From: a virus
Length of the DNA: 64,000 nucleotides
IMG/VR virus record: IMGVR_UViG_3300034018_003010
Strand: one strand, 5' to 3'
The notes beneath the pieces are model-generated. The model saw nothing but the letters and a program-made list of their open reading frames with translations, searched no databases and was not told the DNA's origin. A program made the position numbers and the translations under genes. Below, in pieces: positions 61,199 to 64,000 of this stretch (positions are counted from its first letter, which is position 1; every line of letters starts with the position of its first letter).

Positions 61199-61855
61199 AT
61201 GGCAGGATCATGGGAACTAATTAAGCTAAATAGAGTTTTATGTTGTATATTGACAAGAGAAAGTGTTACAACAACTTGGGCTTTAGGATTTAAAAATCTT
61301 CAAATTCCTGGCACTTTTTGCACACTTTCTGGAATGCCTTTCGACCATGCTAGAAACACAGGATGTCAAAAACTACTTGAATTAGACTGGGAATGGTTGT
61401 TTTTCTTAGACGATGATGTCATTTGTCCTCCAGATACAATTCATAGACTAATTAAGCATCAGCAACCTATTGTTAGCGGTGTTTATAATAGAAGAAACCC
61501 TCCATTGGTTCCAGTAATGTTACGCTGGAATAAAGATAAATTTGAATGGGTTTCAGAATATGAAAAGGATAAACTAATTGAAGTTGATTTGGTTGGAGCG
61601 GGATGCTTGTTAATTCATCGTTCTGTTGTTGAATCCATGCAACCTTTGAGCAATAGATGTCGTTGGTTTGAATGGAGATGCGACAGAACAGATCTTGAAG
61701 CGGTAGAAAAGACCAGTGAAGACTTTACATTTTGTACACATGCTAAAAAGCATGGTTTTAAAATCATGGTAGACACAAGCATACATTGCCGACATATTGG
61801 ATATGCCGAAAGCAGATGTGATGGAACATTTGTACCTTTGGAGCAAAAAGCATAA
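61199..61855 (+). CDS. GT-A (GT2-like) glycosyltransferase
   Basis: DHARN, WLFFLDDD, IVSGVY, VGAGCLLIHR.V, SEDFTFC, VDTSIHC.H; SD ggag. Confidence 0.85.
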   Translation: MAGSWELIKLNRVLCCILTRESVTTTWALGFKNLQIPGTFCTLSGMPFDHARNTGCQKLLELDWEWLFFLDDDVICPPDTIHRLIKHQQPIVSGVYNRRNPPLVPVMLRWNKDKFEWVSEYEKDKLIEVDLVGAGCLLIHRSVVESMQPLSNRCRWFEWRCDRTDLEAVEKTSEDFTFCTHAKKHGFKIMVDTSIHCRHIGYAESRCDGTFVPLEQKA

Positions 61856-61857
61856 AA

Positions 61858-62889
61858 ATGAAAAATAAACTTAAAATTTGTGTTATTTCAACAACAGTAA
61901 TACCTTGTCCTCCTTCTGGATATGCTGGATTGGAAATGATTAGCTGGCAGTGTGCCAATGGTTTAAAAAATTTGGGACATGAAGTTCTTTTAATTGCCCC
62001 AAATGGATCTAAAACAGATACAGATTTGCATGAAACTACTCTAAGAGAAAGAGAAAGATATGCATATTATGGGTATAAAGACAGACTTAAAAACTATGAT
62101 GTAATTATTGATCATAGTTGGGAGAAGTGGTCTTATATTTCAAAGATGACAGAAGGCTTGAAGGTGCCTATTTTGGGTGTTCTTCATGCTCCTGTTCATA
62201 CTATGTACAACGAGTCTCCTCCTGTAGAAAAGCCGTGTTTTATTACAATTAGCAACGATCAAGGAGAAGGTTGTAAAGAACATTTAAAGTCAGAATTCAG
62301 AACAGTCTATAACGGTGTTGATGTTGATTTTTACACAAATAAAAACAAGAAAAGAAACGACAGATATCTTTTTCTAGCAAGAATTAGCACAATTAAAGGT
62401 CCTCATATTGCTTGCAATGTGGCGTTATCTGCAAAGGCTAAGCTAGATGTGGTTGGCGATGACACCCTAACAGGCGAACCATCTTTGGTTGAAGAAGTAA
62501 AGAGGGCTTGCAATCAATATCCTAATCTTAGGTATGTTGGTCCCCAAAGTAGGGAAGAGTGTGTTCAATGGTTTAATAAGAACAAGACTCTTCTACATCC
62601 AAACGAGCAGTTTAGAGAGCCTTTTGGATTGGCTCCAGTAGAGGCGCAACTTTGTGGAATGCCTGTTATTGCTTGGGATAATGGTGCAATGAGAGAAACT
62701 GTAAAGGTTGGCGAGACTGGTTTCTTAGTTAAAACACAACAAGAGATGTTAAGTCTTGTTAAAGAAGATGCAACGGCAAATTTAAAAGCCAGTCGATGCC
62801 GAGAATGGGCAAGTCAGTTCTCTTATCAAAACATGGTTAATCGCTATGAAGAAGTTTGTTTTGAAGCTATTGAAACAGGGGGTTGGTAA
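61858..62889 (+). CDS. GT4 glycosyltransferase
   Basis: PP.GYAG.E, GHEV, VYNGVD, RIS..KG, EPFGLAPVEAQLCGMPVI. Confidence 0.9.
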   Translation: MKNKLKICVISTTVIPCPPSGYAGLEMISWQCANGLKNLGHEVLLIAPNGSKTDTDLHETTLRERERYAYYGYKDRLKNYDVIIDHSWEKWSYISKMTEGLKVPILGVLHAPVHTMYNESPPVEKPCFITISNDQGEGCKEHLKSEFRTVYNGVDVDFYTNKNKKRNDRYLFLARISTIKGPHIACNVALSAKAKLDVVGDDTLTGEPSLVEEVKRACNQYPNLRYVGPQSREECVQWFNKNKTLLHPNEQFREPFGLAPVEAQLCGMPVIAWDNGAMRETVKVGETGFLVKTQQEMLSLVKEDATANLKASRCREWASQFSYQNMVNRYEEVCFEAIETGGW

Positions 62890-63903
62890 GTGCAGGCATA
62901 TTTTACTTGTGATAGAATAGGCGCAGAAACAGGCGGTGGAATTGTTACATTCCACGAATATAATGCTTTGAAAGAAATGGGAGAATTAAAACTATTCAAC
63001 CCAAATCCAACTGCAAATCCTTTTGAATCTGATGAGCTAACTGCAAAAGAAGACTTTTCAAATATAAAGTTAGCGCATTTTTATTCGGGTACTTTTTCAG
63101 AAACTATAAAAAAATTAAAGGACCAAGGAACAAAAGTTGTTTATACAGCCGCTGCACATGATCCAGATTTAAGCAGGCAAGAATTTGAAGCTTTAGGAAT
63201 CCCCTATGATCTTCCACATATGACAGATAAAAATTTATTTAATAAGTATATAGAAGGATATCTTTTAGCAGACTTGGTTATATGCCCTTCAAATCATAGT
63301 AAATCCATAATGGAAAAGTTTGGATGCAAAAATGTAGCTGTTATTCCTCATGGAATACATTCACAGAAAAATAAAATAAAGCCAAAGCCAAAAACTTTTG
63401 TCGTCGGATATTTAGGACAAATAGGACCAGATAAAGGCTTGAGATATTTAATAGAAGCGTGGGCAAAGTTAAATTATAAAGACGCAGTGTTATATTTTGC
63501 TGGTGCTCAATCTCCTGATTTAATACATCTTATAAGATACTTTAAAAAAGGCAATTACAATATATTAGGATGGGTAAATAATATTGCAGATTTTTACAAC
63601 TCGATAAGTGTTTATGTTCAGCCAAGCGTAACAGAAGGATTTGGAATCGAAGTTTTGGAAGCCATGTCATATGGAAGACCAGTTATATGTTCAAATGGTG
63701 CTGGATCTTCTGATTGTGTAAATAAATGTGGAATTGTAGTTCCAAAAAGATCTTCTGATATGTTGGCTTATGCCATAGAAAAATATAAAAACAATGAAAT
63801 TCCTTCTGAAGATGATTGTATTTCAAATTCACAATTATATTCATGGGAAATAATTAGACAACAATATAAAAAGGCGTGGGATTCTTTGCTGGGGGTCCAA
63901 TAA
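62890..63903 (+). CDS. GT4 glycosyltransferase (GTG start)
   Basis: VIPHGI, GQIGPDKGL, PSVTEGFGIEVLEAMSYGRPVI. Confidence 0.9.
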   Translation: MQAYFTCDRIGAETGGGIVTFHEYNALKEMGELKLFNPNPTANPFESDELTAKEDFSNIKLAHFYSGTFSETIKKLKDQGTKVVYTAAAHDPDLSRQEFEALGIPYDLPHMTDKNLFNKYIEGYLLADLVICPSNHSKSIMEKFGCKNVAVIPHGIHSQKNKIKPKPKTFVVGYLGQIGPDKGLRYLIEAWAKLNYKDAVLYFAGAQSPDLIHLIRYFKKGNYNILGWVNNIADFYNSISVYVQPSVTEGFGIEVLEAMSYGRPVICSNGAGSSDCVNKCGIVVPKRSSDMLAYAIEKYKNNEIPSEDDCISNSQLYSWEIIRQQYKKAWDSLLGVQ

Positions 63904-63904
63904 T

Positions 63905-64000
63905 ATGAGTTATACCTTACCATTTGTAGGAAATGTTCTTGAGCTTGGCGGAGGAACACAACCTGTTTTTAGACCGAATCTTGATGTAAGAGCGGCAGAA
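63905..64000 (+). CDS. Probable SAM-dependent methyltransferase, truncated by the window end (not in ORF track)
   Basis: ATG 1 nt after the previous stop; MSYTLPFVGNVLELGGGTQPVFRPNLDVR has a motif-I-like VLELGGG. Confidence 0.55.
   Translation, partial: MSYTLPFVGNVLELGGGTQPVFRPNLDVRAAE

Overview
AT-rich, densely coded window that reads as the virion-fibre and glycosylation region of a large (probably jumbo, T4-like-regulated) bacteriophage. Support: Shine-Dalgarno sites, ATGA/TGATG gene overlaps, intrinsic terminators, a few sigma70-type promoters, a recurrent TA(A/T/G/C)ATA late-promoter-like box, a phiEco32-type amidoligase and a Prim-Pol gene. No capsid, portal, terminase, rRNA, tRNA or CRISPR array is visible, so the phage call is inferred. 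Layout: (i) 1-15.4 kb, structural-type proteins with mucin-like poly-Thr and extensin-like (SP)n/(PAPS)n tracts and RCC1 propellers, plus a subtilisin interrupted at its catalytic His motif by a 407-aa LAGLIDADG intein and an McsA-like gene; (ii) 15.5-22.4 kb, small mixed genes, two with T4 capsid-targeting-like N-termini; (iii) 22.5-29.7 kb and 41.4-61.1 kb, six modular fibre-like proteins rich in Ser-Gly repeats, plus LamG and Gly-rich proteins; (iv) 29.7-41.4 kb and 61.2-64 kb, glycan-building cassettes. The window holds 10 glycosyltransferase-like genes (GT2/GT-A, GT4, GT25, GT32, TPR-GT9-like), a sulfotransferase, methyltransferases, WecB, an HldD-like epimerase and a 2OG-Fe(II)-like oxygenase. 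Main hypothesis (inference): a phage-encoded protein O-glycosylation system that coats the virion fibres with a sulfated/methylated, possibly heptose-containing glycan, using two acceptor classes (Ser-Gly beta-helix repeats and Thr/Pro-rich tracts). All family calls come from motif recognition by eye; no searches were run.
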